This document shows positions 8,652-18,457 of a stretch of 34,358 nucleotides of DNA, piece by piece; position 1 is the stretch's first letter, and the number at the start of each line of letters is the position of its first letter. Both the position numbers and the translations under genes were made by a program. The notes under the pieces were generated by a model. The model was not told where the DNA came from and ran no database searches. It was given only the letters and a program-made list of their open reading frames with translations. The stretch is taken from positions 1-34,358 of IMG/VR virus record IMGVR_UViG_3300017909_003998; one strand, given 5' to 3'. This DNA comes from a virus (Duplodnaviria; Caudoviricetes).

Positions 8652-9202
8652 TAGCTAACTCCTGTCAAAATGCTAATACTTGCGTCAATTGCGTTTGCAG
8701 AATCACAATAAATGTTGAGTTGATCTCCACCTTCCATCACAGTTTTACCTGTATCAGAGATAACGAAGGAAGATCCAGCAGGAACAGGAATCTTACTTGC
8801 GATTGCAACAGACCCTGTTGAAGTAACTCCAACACTGCTATCATAAAGTTCAATTGTCAAGTTGACAGAGTTGGTTGTATTATTTGCAAAAGTTCCGCCA
8901 ACCAGAATAGATTTAGTAGAAGCAGGAGAGGTGTATGCCGTCGTGGCAGTGAGAAATCTTACGACCTGATTAGTAGCACTTGCTGTGTTCGTGGAAGTAC
9001 GATCCACAAAAATAGTGGTTCCGTCAATAGAGTGAACTTTCGTTCCAGCAATAAAGTTTGCATTATCAACCAAATCAGAAACACCAATACCGGTGTTAGC
9101 AGTAACGGTGATTGATGTACTTCCTGCTGCAATTGTACTACCGCTATAGATAGTCACAATCCCCGCCGCTCTTACTATTGCATTTGAAAAAGATTCTGCC
9201 AT
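8651..9202 (-). CDS. Adaptor-like beta-sandwich phage protein with an inserted small domain
   Basis: MAESFSN...AYTSPAS.KSILVG...IPVPAGSS....KTVME.GDQL....SANAIDASISIL; AAGGA SD-like sequence. Confidence 0.8.
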   Translation of the reverse strand: MAESFSNAIVRAAGIVTIYSGSTIAAGSTSITVTANTGIGVSDLVDNANFIAGTKVHSIDGTTIFVDRTSTNTASATNQVVRFLTATTAYTSPASTKSILVGGTFANNTTNSVNLTIELYDSSVGVTSTGSVAIASKIPVPAGSSFVISDTGKTVMEGGDQLNIYCDSANAIDASISILTGVS

Positions 9203-9222
9203 CTTCCTTTAAGTGTTATGAG

Positions 9223-9229
9223 TATTTAT
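9223..9229 (-). promoter_or_regulatory. T4-type late promoter (ATAAATA)
   Basis: Intergenic, 20 nt upstream of the ATG at 9202. Confidence 0.7.
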
Positions 9230-9233
9230 TAAA

Positions 9234-10322
9234 TTAACCGCCAAGAGCTATTGCGAGTCCAATAGAGACACCAGGTTGAATGGTGACTGTTGCGATACCT
9301 GCATTTATATCAACTGAGTTGATACTAGTTCCAGTTGTCGTCTTAAAGTCAATCATTGTTGCACCAGCACCGATGAAAGTTCCTTCAGAACCTACACCAA
9401 CACCAGCACCTGCTCCACCAACACGAATTTCTCCGTTCATCGAAGAGTGATATTGGCAATTATAATAAAGAATATCAGGTGCATTATAAGGAACCTTAAA
9501 AGTAATAATTCCTACTGCAGCACCATTGTTAGTGACTCCATCTTCATATGCATTGCCAGTTCCAGTGGAACTGACAGTTTTAATGTAGAATGGATGTCCA
9601 GATGCGTTTACTGAGAATCTATAGTTTTTACCCCTTTGAATGTATAATGTCGGATTACTCGTAGCTTGAGTAAATCCGATTCCAGTAGCAGCAAATTCAT
9701 AGTAACCAGATCCATTATTAGTAATATCAAACTGGTTGTAGATCTCTTTATCGGTAGCAGTGGTAATACCAGTGATGTTAAGATTTCTACCAGCATATAA
9801 ATCACCACCAACATAAAGATCCCCACCAGTGGTTGTAATACCACCAGATGAGGCAAGGGTAGTGATTCCAGTAACATTAAGAGTTCCATCACCAGTAACA
9901 TTAATAGTCTTAGTGACTGTTAAGTCTTCCAGTGTTGCATCATCAAGAGTGATATCATCAATGTTAAGATCACCAGTGATTCTGACATCACCTTGAACAT
10001 AAAGTGCCGTTTGTCCAGTAGAAACTGGTGAACGGACATCAAGTAAATATGCGGGAGATGCGGTTCCTACACCTACAGATCCAATTCCTGATACTGGATC
10101 AACACTGAAGACAGTGCCTCCAGTACCAACTTGGAAGTTTCCGATAACAGTAGAAGCAGCACTGACATAAGAGTCAGTGGCACCTACCCCACCATTTACA
10201 TGGAGAGTGTATTCTAGAGCTGTCGTTGCAATACCGACTTGAGTTGTATCGGCATTAGCAAGAATGAGGTCAGTGTTGACCTCCAACCCGTTTTTAACGA
10301 CAAAATTCTTATTGACTGCCAT
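9234..10322 (-). CDS. Fibre protein with VGIxT/GITT stalk repeats, a cupredoxin-like domain and C-terminal VSIGLAIALGG peptide
   Basis: MAVNKNFVVKNGLEV start; VGVGTASP; GHPF...LYYNCQYHSSMNG motif. Confidence 0.8.
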   Translation of the reverse strand: MAVNKNFVVKNGLEVNTDLILANADTTQVGIATTALEYTLHVNGGVGATDSYVSAASTVIGNFQVGTGGTVFSVDPVSGIGSVGVGTASPAYLLDVRSPVSTGQTALYVQGDVRITGDLNIDDITLDDATLEDLTVTKTINVTGDGTLNVTGITTLASSGGITTTGGDLYVGGDLYAGRNLNITGITTATDKEIYNQFDITNNGSGYYEFAATGIGFTQATSNPTLYIQRGKNYRFSVNASGHPFYIKTVSSTGTGNAYEDGVTNNGAAVGIITFKVPYNAPDILYYNCQYHSSMNGEIRVGGAGAGVGVGSEGTFIGAGATMIDFKTTTGTSINSVDINAGIATVTIQPGVSIGLAIALGG

Positions 10323-10356
10323 TCGGGTTCACTCTCCCCCGCTTATTTTATATGTT

Positions 10357-10364
10357 TATTTATA
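10357..10364 (-). promoter_or_regulatory. T4 late promoter consensus TATAAATA
   Basis: Perfect consensus between 10368 and 10322; GGGAGAG SD-like sequence follows. Confidence 0.8.
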
Positions 10365-10367
10365 CAC

Positions 10368-12440
10368 TCACCAATTGGCTGTCCATCTTATATTTGGTTG
10401 TGGATTGCTACCCTCTCCAGCAGTTCCTTGAATCTTAACAGGTAAAGTCGAACCAGATGAAAATACACCCTGATCTGGATTGATCTGGATATTGCCATAA
10501 TTCAGATTGTCTGGATTATCAGCTCCTTGTAAAACATTATTTTGTATCCTAAGCGTCAATCCTCTTCCATTTTCATTATTAGCACTGAAAAGTTGATAAA
10601 CGGTGCCTCCTACAATTTGACTATTTTGAGCAAGTTGATCAGCATTGGGTCCAAATCTTAGGAACTCTGGACCATTTCCACTTAACCTTCTAAATTCTAA
10701 AGTGTTCCTATCACCTGCATTTCTACTGGGTCTCCAGTTAACCGTTCTTGTACTAGTGATACTAGTTTTAGGTGGAATAAATGGATCTTTATCATCATTA
10801 GAGAATGCTTCCACAGAAATAAATGCAACATCATCATTACCACCAAGTTCTTTTCCACCTGGAAGAGTAGTGCTGTCAAGAAGTGTTATCGCTCCACCTA
10901 ATCCACCAGATCTAATATATCCAGAAGCACCCCCGCCACCACCATTATTACTTCCTTGACCACCTCTAGCACCAGCACCACCTCCGCCACCATTGCCACT
11001 TCCTGCACCACCATTATTACGATGTCCTTGACCTGTTTTATATCCTCTAACAATACCACCAGTGGCAGTGCTAGTGGTATTTGACAGAACTTGTCCATTA
11101 CTACCTAAAAATGCTATTCCAGTTCCAACATCTTCGCATGGAGATTTGCCTTGTTGGTTCCAATACTTACCAATTGTACATCCACTCAATCGTCCACTTC
11201 CACTAGAACCATTATCAAAGTCCCTAAAACCCGTTCTACCTGCCTGAGTTATTCCTGTAGGAGGAAGTTGATCTACTCCAATAAATGCTCCTCCAGCAGC
11301 ACCATTCTGACCACGCTCTCCTGCGACATTACATCCGCCACCATCTCCACCTCTTCCACCAGTTCCTGCTCCACCGCCTCCACCGCAGACCGCAATTACG
11401 GTTGCCTTTTCATATATTACTGCCAATCCACCACCACCATTGATACCACCCCTAGGACCACCACCTTGGTAAGAATTAATGCCCAATTTTACAGTGTATT
11501 CGGTGTTTTGTTTTAATGTCATTTTAAAGACTGCGACACCACCCTCTCCACCTTTACGACTAAACCTATCAGCTCCTTTCGCGCCACCCAATGTAATCTT
11601 TACATCAACATCTTTTTCTGGAGAGAAAATTTGTATAATTCTAGCATTAATATCTGTTCTCGCCCTTGCCCAAAATCGTCCTGCAGTTGCCAAATCTCTT
11701 GCACCTTGCTCCTGTCTAGTACCATTTCCAATCTTTTCCCATGTAATATATGTTCTTGCAGAGGCAACATCTAAGTTTGCCTCTGTGGATGTTACAATAC
11801 CAGGTTGTGCTGTGGGATGAGATACCGCACAATAAACTTTATCTAAACCTGGATCTGGTCTGGTGATAGAAAGTATTGATGATGTTGCTCCAGATATTTC
11901 ACTGCCATTTAAATACCACTGATAACTTAAATCAGAGTCACTTCCATCTGTAGTTGATGCATCAACAGAAAATGATGTCTCAATATCCTCAACAACAGTC
12001 GTATCTTGTGGTTGAGTGTCTATAGAAATGGTTGGAAATACTGTGAGATCTGCGCTATCAGAATTTAGTGGTTCATTAATAGCATTTGGTGATAACTCAT
12101 TTGGGTCATACCCTGCTTGCACAAACACTTGTCCACTGATAGGTAATGGACTAGTTAAACCTGATAAGGTTAAAGTTGTTGTTGCAGATCCAGTTATAGT
12201 TACTCCATTAGTTGTTCCATCAGATAAAGCAGTTGTTCCGTTGTACCATTGATGTGTTACTGTTCCTGTATTAGTATCTCTTTCAGTTTGTGATGCTGGG
12301 AATGTTGCTGTTGCTATACCAATAAAAGTGGCAATTCCTGATGCTACGCTACAGGAAGTGCCAACGGGTTGAGTAGAGAATGACAGAATTGGACCGTTAA
12401 GGTCCAAGTCTGATTGAATACTAGGGAATAAAGGACTCAT
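10368..12440 (-). CDS. Putative adhesin with two Ig-like domains, a glycine-rich domain and a C-terminal beta domain
   Basis: TQP...HQWYNG...TLTL and TQPQDTTV...LSYQWYLNG.EISGATSS.L...YC Ig-like patterns; GGEGG and IAVCGGGGGAG glycine-rich core; ATGA overlap with the upstream gene. Confidence 0.8.
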   Translation of the reverse strand: MSPLFPSIQSDLDLNGPILSFSTQPVGTSCSVASGIATFIGIATATFPASQTERDTNTGTVTHQWYNGTTALSDGTTNGVTITGSATTTLTLSGLTSPLPISGQVFVQAGYDPNELSPNAINEPLNSDSADLTVFPTISIDTQPQDTTVVEDIETSFSVDASTTDGSDSDLSYQWYLNGSEISGATSSILSITRPDPGLDKVYCAVSHPTAQPGIVTSTEANLDVASARTYITWEKIGNGTRQEQGARDLATAGRFWARARTDINARIIQIFSPEKDVDVKITLGGAKGADRFSRKGGEGGVAVFKMTLKQNTEYTVKLGINSYQGGGPRGGINGGGGLAVIYEKATVIAVCGGGGGAGTGGRGGDGGGCNVAGERGQNGAAGGAFIGVDQLPPTGITQAGRTGFRDFDNGSSGSGRLSGCTIGKYWNQQGKSPCEDVGTGIAFLGSNGQVLSNTTSTATGGIVRGYKTGQGHRNNGGAGSGNGGGGGAGARGGQGSNNGGGGGASGYIRSGGLGGAITLLDSTTLPGGKELGGNDDVAFISVEAFSNDDKDPFIPPKTSITSTRTVNWRPSRNAGDRNTLEFRRLSGNGPEFLRFGPNADQLAQNSQIVGGTVYQLFSANNENGRGLTLRIQNNVLQGADNPDNLNYGNIQINPDQGVFSSGSTLPVKIQGTAGEGSNPQPNIRWTANW

Positions 12441-15400
12441 GAGAAGTTCTGACCTCCAACTACACCGTAGATACCGACAGTTGTAATTGAAGAACCATCA
12501 AAGAACTTGAATGAATAAATGTCAGTTCTACTTGCAGTTGTTGTTACCGTTGGAACAACTCCACCTGGCCAATAAACTGGTATCGGAGTCGTTAAGTTAA
12601 GATCCTTGAATGAATCAACATCAACGGTATGTCCTCCAGTGCTATTCTGGGTGATCTTGAGTGTAAATGTTCCTCCATCGGTTGGTGGATTTTGCAATTC
12701 AAATACATCAACACTATCATCAACCTCTATTTCAAATACGCTGGATCTAGAAAGGTCAAGAATTACCTTACGGTTTGGTGATGTACCAGTTATATCAAGA
12801 CCACTATCCACGTGTTCTGCAAGTGCAGTTGTTCTTAATACACCTTGAACATCTAACAATGCTCTTGGTGTCCCTGTTCCAAGACCAATCTGGTTGCTGG
12901 ATGTAGTGAGAGCAGCACCAATAACCAAGTCAGTTGTGGTAACAATTCCTGCAATAATCTGACCACCAGTATTTTCAATCGCATAATCACCAGTAACTGT
13001 GGTGAATCCGGTAACTATTACATTATTTGCAGTGACAATGCCAGCAAATCTTGCTTGACCATTAACAAACAGGGAAGTTCCAGCAGCACCAACCTCACCA
13101 ACTGTCAGATTAGAACCAGTGCCAACTGATGTTCCGATGCCAACTTCATTCAGATCGGTATTATACAGAATAGCATCCGAACCAGTTATGTTAGTCCAAC
13201 CAGCAGCAGATACGTTTACACTAGTGAGTTGAGAACCGTCGCCCTCGAACTTCGTAGCAGTTATAACACCAGCAATAAAAGTATCACCTTCAATGTTAAG
13301 TGAATAACCATTTGCAGTAGTTCCAATACCAACACCATCACCATCTACAGAAAACAGGGAAGTTCCAGACCCAACTTGAAGTGTGTTTAAACCTGGTGTG
13401 GTTGTTCCAACTCCAACTTTATCAAATACAAATATTCTTAAGTCTCTATCCAAACTAATTGGACCCATCGCACGCCAGGCATTATCTGTTGTATAAACAT
13501 AACCCCAAGTTCCACCTTGTTCTGGATTTGCCTTCCAAATTACATTACCTGGGTTTCCTGCCAATACAGGAGCAGAAATTCCAACAGTATAGTTTCTAGA
13601 AACAGTTGCATCACCTTGGACAAAAAGGGTATTTGTTTCTAATCCATTTGCAGAATTAACAGTTACCTTATTATTAATAACAATAGGACCATTAAATTCA
13701 GATATTGTATTGTTATCTGGGCCACCTTCAACTTTAACTGATCTTGCAAATATACCTTCAACAGGAGTGACAACGTTAATCGCTGGTTCAGAAAGAATAT
13801 CCTCACCAGTAATCGTTCTCACAGGAGTATCGAAGATTTCTTCTCTACCTGTGATCGTACTTAACTTCTTATTACCAGAGTATGAAATACCCTTATCATT
13901 CATACCAGTGTAGAAGTTAATTCCACCTTCTCTCTTGTTAGACTGTGCTAAGAGTTCCTCATCATTAGTGATTGCTCTATCGTGCTTGTCTGGGAATGCA
14001 GTAGAGTAGTTACCAGGACCAAATCCAACATATTCAAATGTATGACCAGAAGCACGAATGATAGAGTGTCTTCTGAGTTCTGAAGTAAATGGCTTGATTC
14101 TCTTGACTACTGCTCCAAGTTCGTGAGTTGTTGCTTTTGTTGCAAGAACACCACGATAAACTGTTACGGAAGCATCAATAGGTTGTACAGTGTTTTGAAC
14201 TCTTACAATTTCATCATCAATTTGCAGATAGTCACCAATTCTGATATCACTTCCACTATTATTAAGATCACGGATTGGAAAGACTTTTCCAGTTGCTGTG
14301 GTAACAGAACCAGAAAGAGTGGTAGTAATGCCCGCATAAGGAGCGATCATTCTTCCGCCAGTATTCTCATTATTAACAGTTACATTACCATTTTGAGAGG
14401 TAAATCCTTCAGGAAGTGCAAAAATATTGGAACTGGACTCAGTTGGAGATTCGGTTCCAACACCAATATTAATCTTGAATCTGGTTTGAGTTACATTTTC
14501 AGTAACAACAAAAGATCCATTATAAGCAGTATTTCCTGCACCAGTGATTCTAATCTTATTGTCAACTCTCAATCCATGTGCTGAAGATGTATTGACAGTA
14601 GCAACTCCAGAGATAGAGTCGTATGTAAAACTACTGACCTTAATAGATTCTCCAGTCAAATACAAATGTGCATTAGAAGTAAGAGTAGATCCTACTGCAT
14701 CTGAAATATTTGTAATAGTAGAGGCAGAACTTACATTAAATTGTTTGTCTGATCCTGTATTGATGCCTGTAATGCGATAAAGATCATTGTATGCGGCATA
14801 AGATTCTGAAGAAACTCCAGAAATTCTAATAACATCTCCTACGTTATCATAAATTTTTTCTACTTCTACAACTGCAGGAGTGTGTCCAGATGATCCATTT
14901 GTGGTGATACCAGTGATGTGCATTGTATTACCAATGCCATATGCACTACCACCATCCATTATGGTCAATGCGCTAATGGTTCCAGCAGCACTTACGGTAA
15001 CTTTTGCAGTTGCATTAGTTCCAGTTGTAGATGCTCCGATGGAAACAAGATTTGCATTGTAATAAATTTCCTCAGATCCACCACCAGTGCCATACTGAGT
15101 TCCACCACTATTGATATTAACTTTCAGGATTCTATTTAATCCATGATCAATAGTAGTATGAATTGTGTGAGCAGTTCCAGTTGAAGATTGAATATCTGTG
15201 ATACCAACACCAATATCTGCATCTTTAACGAGTTTATCAACAGTTTCTCTTGTTATACTGTTTCTTGGATCATTGATTTCAACAAGACCAATAGTTTGAG
15301 AGTCAGCAAAACATTGAGAGGATTTTGGATCTGAGAGAGGATTATCTCTATCAGTTTGAGGGAACATCCTCTTAACTGGTTGAGAGTATTTCTCTGTCGT

Positions 15401-18352
15401 GAATGGTTCAACAGTTGGTTTGTTAGATGCATTAAGAAGAGTCAGATAATAGACACCATCTTGATCCCCAGCAATATATTTCTGAGATTCAGAAATTCTA
15501 TAAACATAATAAGTGTCATTATATTTTACTCTTCTAAAATAAGGAAGATTGATATCCCTTACTGTAGTATCATTGGTAAATGTTCCTGGATCTGCAGTCA
15601 AAGCAGCAGTAAACTGCTTTGAACTAGGAACACTTGCTACAGTAAGTTTTCTATCAAATCCAGAACCTTGAGTCGCAGTTGTATTGTTTGTACTCTTAAC
15701 ATTAACTATTTGTACTTGAGATCCAACACTTAAATTGTGTGGAAGTTCTGTTGTAATTGTAGCAACATTTGCAGACCACTCTGCATTTGCGATGAATTTA
15801 AAGTTTCTTAAGTCATTTCTGTTTGAAAGATTGCCCGTACCAAAGTACTTCGGTATTTCACTAGTTGATCCGATAGATGTACTAGTTTCTTGTAAAATGA
15901 ATCCTTCAACGGGAGGTCTTGCAGTTACAGAACTATCTTTCGGAATAACATATCTTACTCTATACAGAGTATCATTGGATTCTCTATTATCATTTCTTCT
16001 TTTAATAAATGTTCTGGGAGTTGCAGCACCAAGTGCTGTAGTTCCTAGTCCAACCAATGTGGAGTAAATTGTATTCTCCGTGGCAGCGGTAGAGACATTA
16101 ACATACCATCCAGTGGTAGTTCCAGTTCCAATATACTGAACTGGGTGACCAATGTCTCCAGAATTTTTATCAGATACCCTACTTACAACTTTTAATAATC
16201 CACCATTTCCGTTAAGAGTTAGTTCATTATCATTTAATGCATCATTTAAAGTTTTTGCGAGTTTAATGTTTGTATTTGTGTTGATTCCAGTTGAAGATGT
16301 GGTAATTACATTATAAACAGTATTTGATTCTAATCCATCAGGAATCTGACCTGTTTCACCAATAACACGAACTGTTTCTCCATTGATGAAGTTGTGAGCT
16401 CCCTCTAAAGTAATTACATTAGCAGTATTACCATCACTATTAGTACCAACACTGTTTATTCCTGCTGCACTTCTTTTAACATTAAATGATTTTTCTGAAC
16501 TGAACTCTGCAACTACATGTCCATCAGTTGATGTAGAACCATCCATGACGATCCTAGCACTTAATTCACTAGTAACACCATCTTGAGGAATCAGAACTTT
16601 TAATTGATCATTTGCTCTCGCACCAAGTCTAAATCCCTCAATGACATTTTCTGGTGGTACATCTTCGTTTGATGATCCATATGCAAATAAGAAACCAGTT
16701 GATGAAAATCCAACAGTCTTTTCAACATCAATGGGAGTAAATTCAAAAGAAGATTCCGTCAAAGGAATTTCTTTTGGTGGGTAAATGTGTGAAATATATC
16801 CAGTGTTGTCCTGTGCAAATGCTTCCTCTCTAAATCCAGAGGAGGTCAGTGCGTTTGCACCAAAGTTAGAGTTAGAGTTGGTCAGTGAAATATCACCGCC
16901 ATTTTCGGTTACAAAGTGCTCTGCATATCCAATAGCAAAGATCGAAACTGCCTGAATGAAGGAGTTATTTGATACCTTTACATGGAAGTTTTTATATTCT
17001 GGTTTATATCTTGCTCTAGAGTTGGAGCTGATGGTTTCATTACCAGACTTTGTATTGTCATCATATACACCAGTAGATGGAGTGTCTTGGTTGTAGAGAA
17101 CAAAGGCATTATCATCTTTTTGCAATCCAATACCAGTGAACTGTGCCACAACCATGGAACGGAATCCAGTTGCCTTAGATCCATCGGCGTGCATACCACA
17201 CATACCAAAGACAGATCTCAGAGAGACGTTGAAGATATATGGGGATGCAGAAGTTACAGTATCAGAAGAGAGAGATAATGTTGCTCCAGTTGCTGATGGA
17301 CTTGCGTCTGAGGGTGCATTCTGAACGGAGTATGTAATGGAGGTTGAACTCAGTTTTTCTGAAACAACATATTTTCCATTATAACCAGTTGCAGAAACTC
17401 CTTGAATTCTAAAAGGAGTATCAACTTCTAATCCTGTAGCAGCAGTTTTTAGATTTACTGTTACAACTGTTCCGCTGGAACTAATTGAGTCTATTTCAAG
17501 ATTACCACCAGTTGGTCCGACAATTCTATACTCATCAATTTTTGGTTGAATATCAAGACCAGCACTTGGATAATCTGGAGAGATCTGACGACCAGATGCT
17601 TGTCCATATACAAGACCAACTTTTTCATAGTACATATCAAGATCAGTTCGATCTGTCGAATATGTTAAAAATGTATCATCAATATCAACGTCATTTACAC
17701 CATCAGCATATTCAAAACAGGTCAGTTTGTGGTGAGAGAAGTTGGGAACAAAAGTATTTGTAGTATAATCTTTATAGATAACACCATTTGGATCTCCATC
17801 AAACATGGAGAACTGCCAGATATAGCAAGCACCAGTTAATCTGAAGAGAGCAGATCTTTCAATGTTGGCATTGGTTGGATCTGGAACATACTTTGGTCTA
17901 ATCTTTGTTTTTCTGAGATCAAGACCAACAATAGACGTACCTCTAGGCAGAATAACTCCACCATGAATACTGTTTAACTTGAAAAGTTCGTTGTTAGGAG
18001 AATCTAAATTAAAATTTGAATTAATATCAAATGGAGAGAGATCACTTGTTGTTCCACCATTTCTAAAATAATATGAATTTGCAGCAAAAGGAATCAATCC
18101 AGGTCTATTATCGACAGTATGCTCACCAGGATAAAGAAGAATGGTTGTCTTACCAAATCTATCATTATCCAATCCTCTCTGATAGGAGAATCTAGCAGAC
18201 TCAATTAAAGCACGCTGAATCGTCTTGAAGGGGCGAGTTAATGAATTGCCCGTATTTTCTACACTGTCTGTAGCATCCAGACTACTAGGATCAACATAGA
18301 GAATGGTTCCACGGGTAGACTTCAGAAAATTATCTAATCTGGAAAGACCCAT
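12437..18352 (-). CDS. Large cyanomyovirus virion structural/tail-fibre protein (1971 aa)
   Basis: MGLSRLDNFLK...LYVDP...PFKTIQRAL beta-helix-like N-terminus typical of cyanomyovirus structural proteins; repeated T...H.L..G..V.I.G modules; VGIGT/GIVTA stalk; C-terminal WPGG..PTVTT...TDIYSF domain. Confidence 0.85.
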   Translation of the reverse strand: MGLSRLDNFLKSTRGTILYVDPSSLDATDSVENTGNSLTRPFKTIQRALIESARFSYQRGLDNDRFGKTTILLYPGEHTVDNRPGLIPFAANSYYFRNGGTTSDLSPFDINSNFNLDSPNNELFKLNSIHGGVILPRGTSIVGLDLRKTKIRPKYVPDPTNANIERSALFRLTGACYIWQFSMFDGDPNGVIYKDYTTNTFVPNFSHHKLTCFEYADGVNDVDIDDTFLTYSTDRTDLDMYYEKVGLVYGQASGRQISPDYPSAGLDIQPKIDEYRIVGPTGGNLEIDSISSSGTVVTVNLKTAATGLEVDTPFRIQGVSATGYNGKYVVSEKLSSTSITYSVQNAPSDASPSATGATLSLSSDTVTSASPYIFNVSLRSVFGMCGMHADGSKATGFRSMVVAQFTGIGLQKDDNAFVLYNQDTPSTGVYDDNTKSGNETISSNSRARYKPEYKNFHVKVSNNSFIQAVSIFAIGYAEHFVTENGGDISLTNSNSNFGANALTSSGFREEAFAQDNTGYISHIYPPKEIPLTESSFEFTPIDVEKTVGFSSTGFLFAYGSSNEDVPPENVIEGFRLGARANDQLKVLIPQDGVTSELSARIVMDGSTSTDGHVVAEFSSEKSFNVKRSAAGINSVGTNSDGNTANVITLEGAHNFINGETVRVIGETGQIPDGLESNTVYNVITTSSTGINTNTNIKLAKTLNDALNDNELTLNGNGGLLKVVSRVSDKNSGDIGHPVQYIGTGTTTGWYVNVSTAATENTIYSTLVGLGTTALGAATPRTFIKRRNDNRESNDTLYRVRYVIPKDSSVTARPPVEGFILQETSTSIGSTSEIPKYFGTGNLSNRNDLRNFKFIANAEWSANVATITTELPHNLSVGSQVQIVNVKSTNNTTATQGSGFDRKLTVASVPSSKQFTAALTADPGTFTNDTTVRDINLPYFRRVKYNDTYYVYRISESQKYIAGDQDGVYYLTLLNASNKPTVEPFTTEKYSQPVKRMFPQTDRDNPLSDPKSSQCFADSQTIGLVEINDPRNSITRETVDKLVKDADIGVGITDIQSSTGTAHTIHTTIDHGLNRILKVNINSGGTQYGTGGGSEEIYYNANLVSIGASTTGTNATAKVTVSAAGTISALTIMDGGSAYGIGNTMHITGITTNGSSGHTPAVVEVEKIYDNVGDVIRISGVSSESYAAYNDLYRITGINTGSDKQFNVSSASTITNISDAVGSTLTSNAHLYLTGESIKVSSFTYDSISGVATVNTSSAHGLRVDNKIRITGAGNTAYNGSFVVTENVTQTRFKINIGVGTESPTESSSNIFALPEGFTSQNGNVTVNNENTGGRMIAPYAGITTTLSGSVTTATGKVFPIRDLNNSGSDIRIGDYLQIDDEIVRVQNTVQPIDASVTVYRGVLATKATTHELGAVVKRIKPFTSELRRHSIIRASGHTFEYVGFGPGNYSTAFPDKHDRAITNDEELLAQSNKREGGINFYTGMNDKGISYSGNKKLSTITGREEIFDTPVRTITGEDILSEPAINVVTPVEGIFARSVKVEGGPDNNTISEFNGPIVINNKVTVNSANGLETNTLFVQGDATVSRNYTVGISAPVLAGNPGNVIWKANPEQGGTWGYVYTTDNAWRAMGPISLDRDLRIFVFDKVGVGTTTPGLNTLQVGSGTSLFSVDGDGVGIGTTANGYSLNIEGDTFIAGVITATKFEGDGSQLTSVNVSAAGWTNITGSDAILYNTDLNEVGIGTSVGTGSNLTVGEVGAAGTSLFVNGQARFAGIVTANNVIVTGFTTVTGDYAIENTGGQIIAGIVTTTDLVIGAALTTSSNQIGLGTGTPRALLDVQGVLRTTALAEHVDSGLDITGTSPNRKVILDLSRSSVFEIEVDDSVDVFELQNPPTDGGTFTLKITQNSTGGHTVDVDSFKDLNLTTPIPVYWPGGVVPTVTTTASRTDIYSFKFFDGSSITTVGIYGVVGGQNFS

Positions 18353-18382
18353 CTTATTACACTTATAGTTCTTGTTATGGAT

Positions 18383-18389
18383 TATTTAT
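18383..18389 (-). promoter_or_regulatory. T4-type late promoter (ATAAATA)
   Basis: Immediately downstream of the terminator and upstream of the ATG at 18352. Confidence 0.7.
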
Positions 18390-18393
18390 CCAT

Positions 18394-18417
18394 AAAAAAA
18401 CCTGCCCGAAGGCAGGT
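18394..18417 (-). terminator. Rho-independent terminator with cUUCGg tetraloop
   Basis: ACCTGCC-TTCG-GGCAGGT followed by a U-tract. Confidence 0.92.
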
Positions 18418-18457
18418 CATGATTAGCACAGAGTGCCACTTTTCACACGGAAGGAAC

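Noticed and set aside
12606-17763. Numerous short plus-strand ORFs within the 1971-aa gene
   Set aside because: They are antisense to a long, well-formed gene and have no recognisable motifs.
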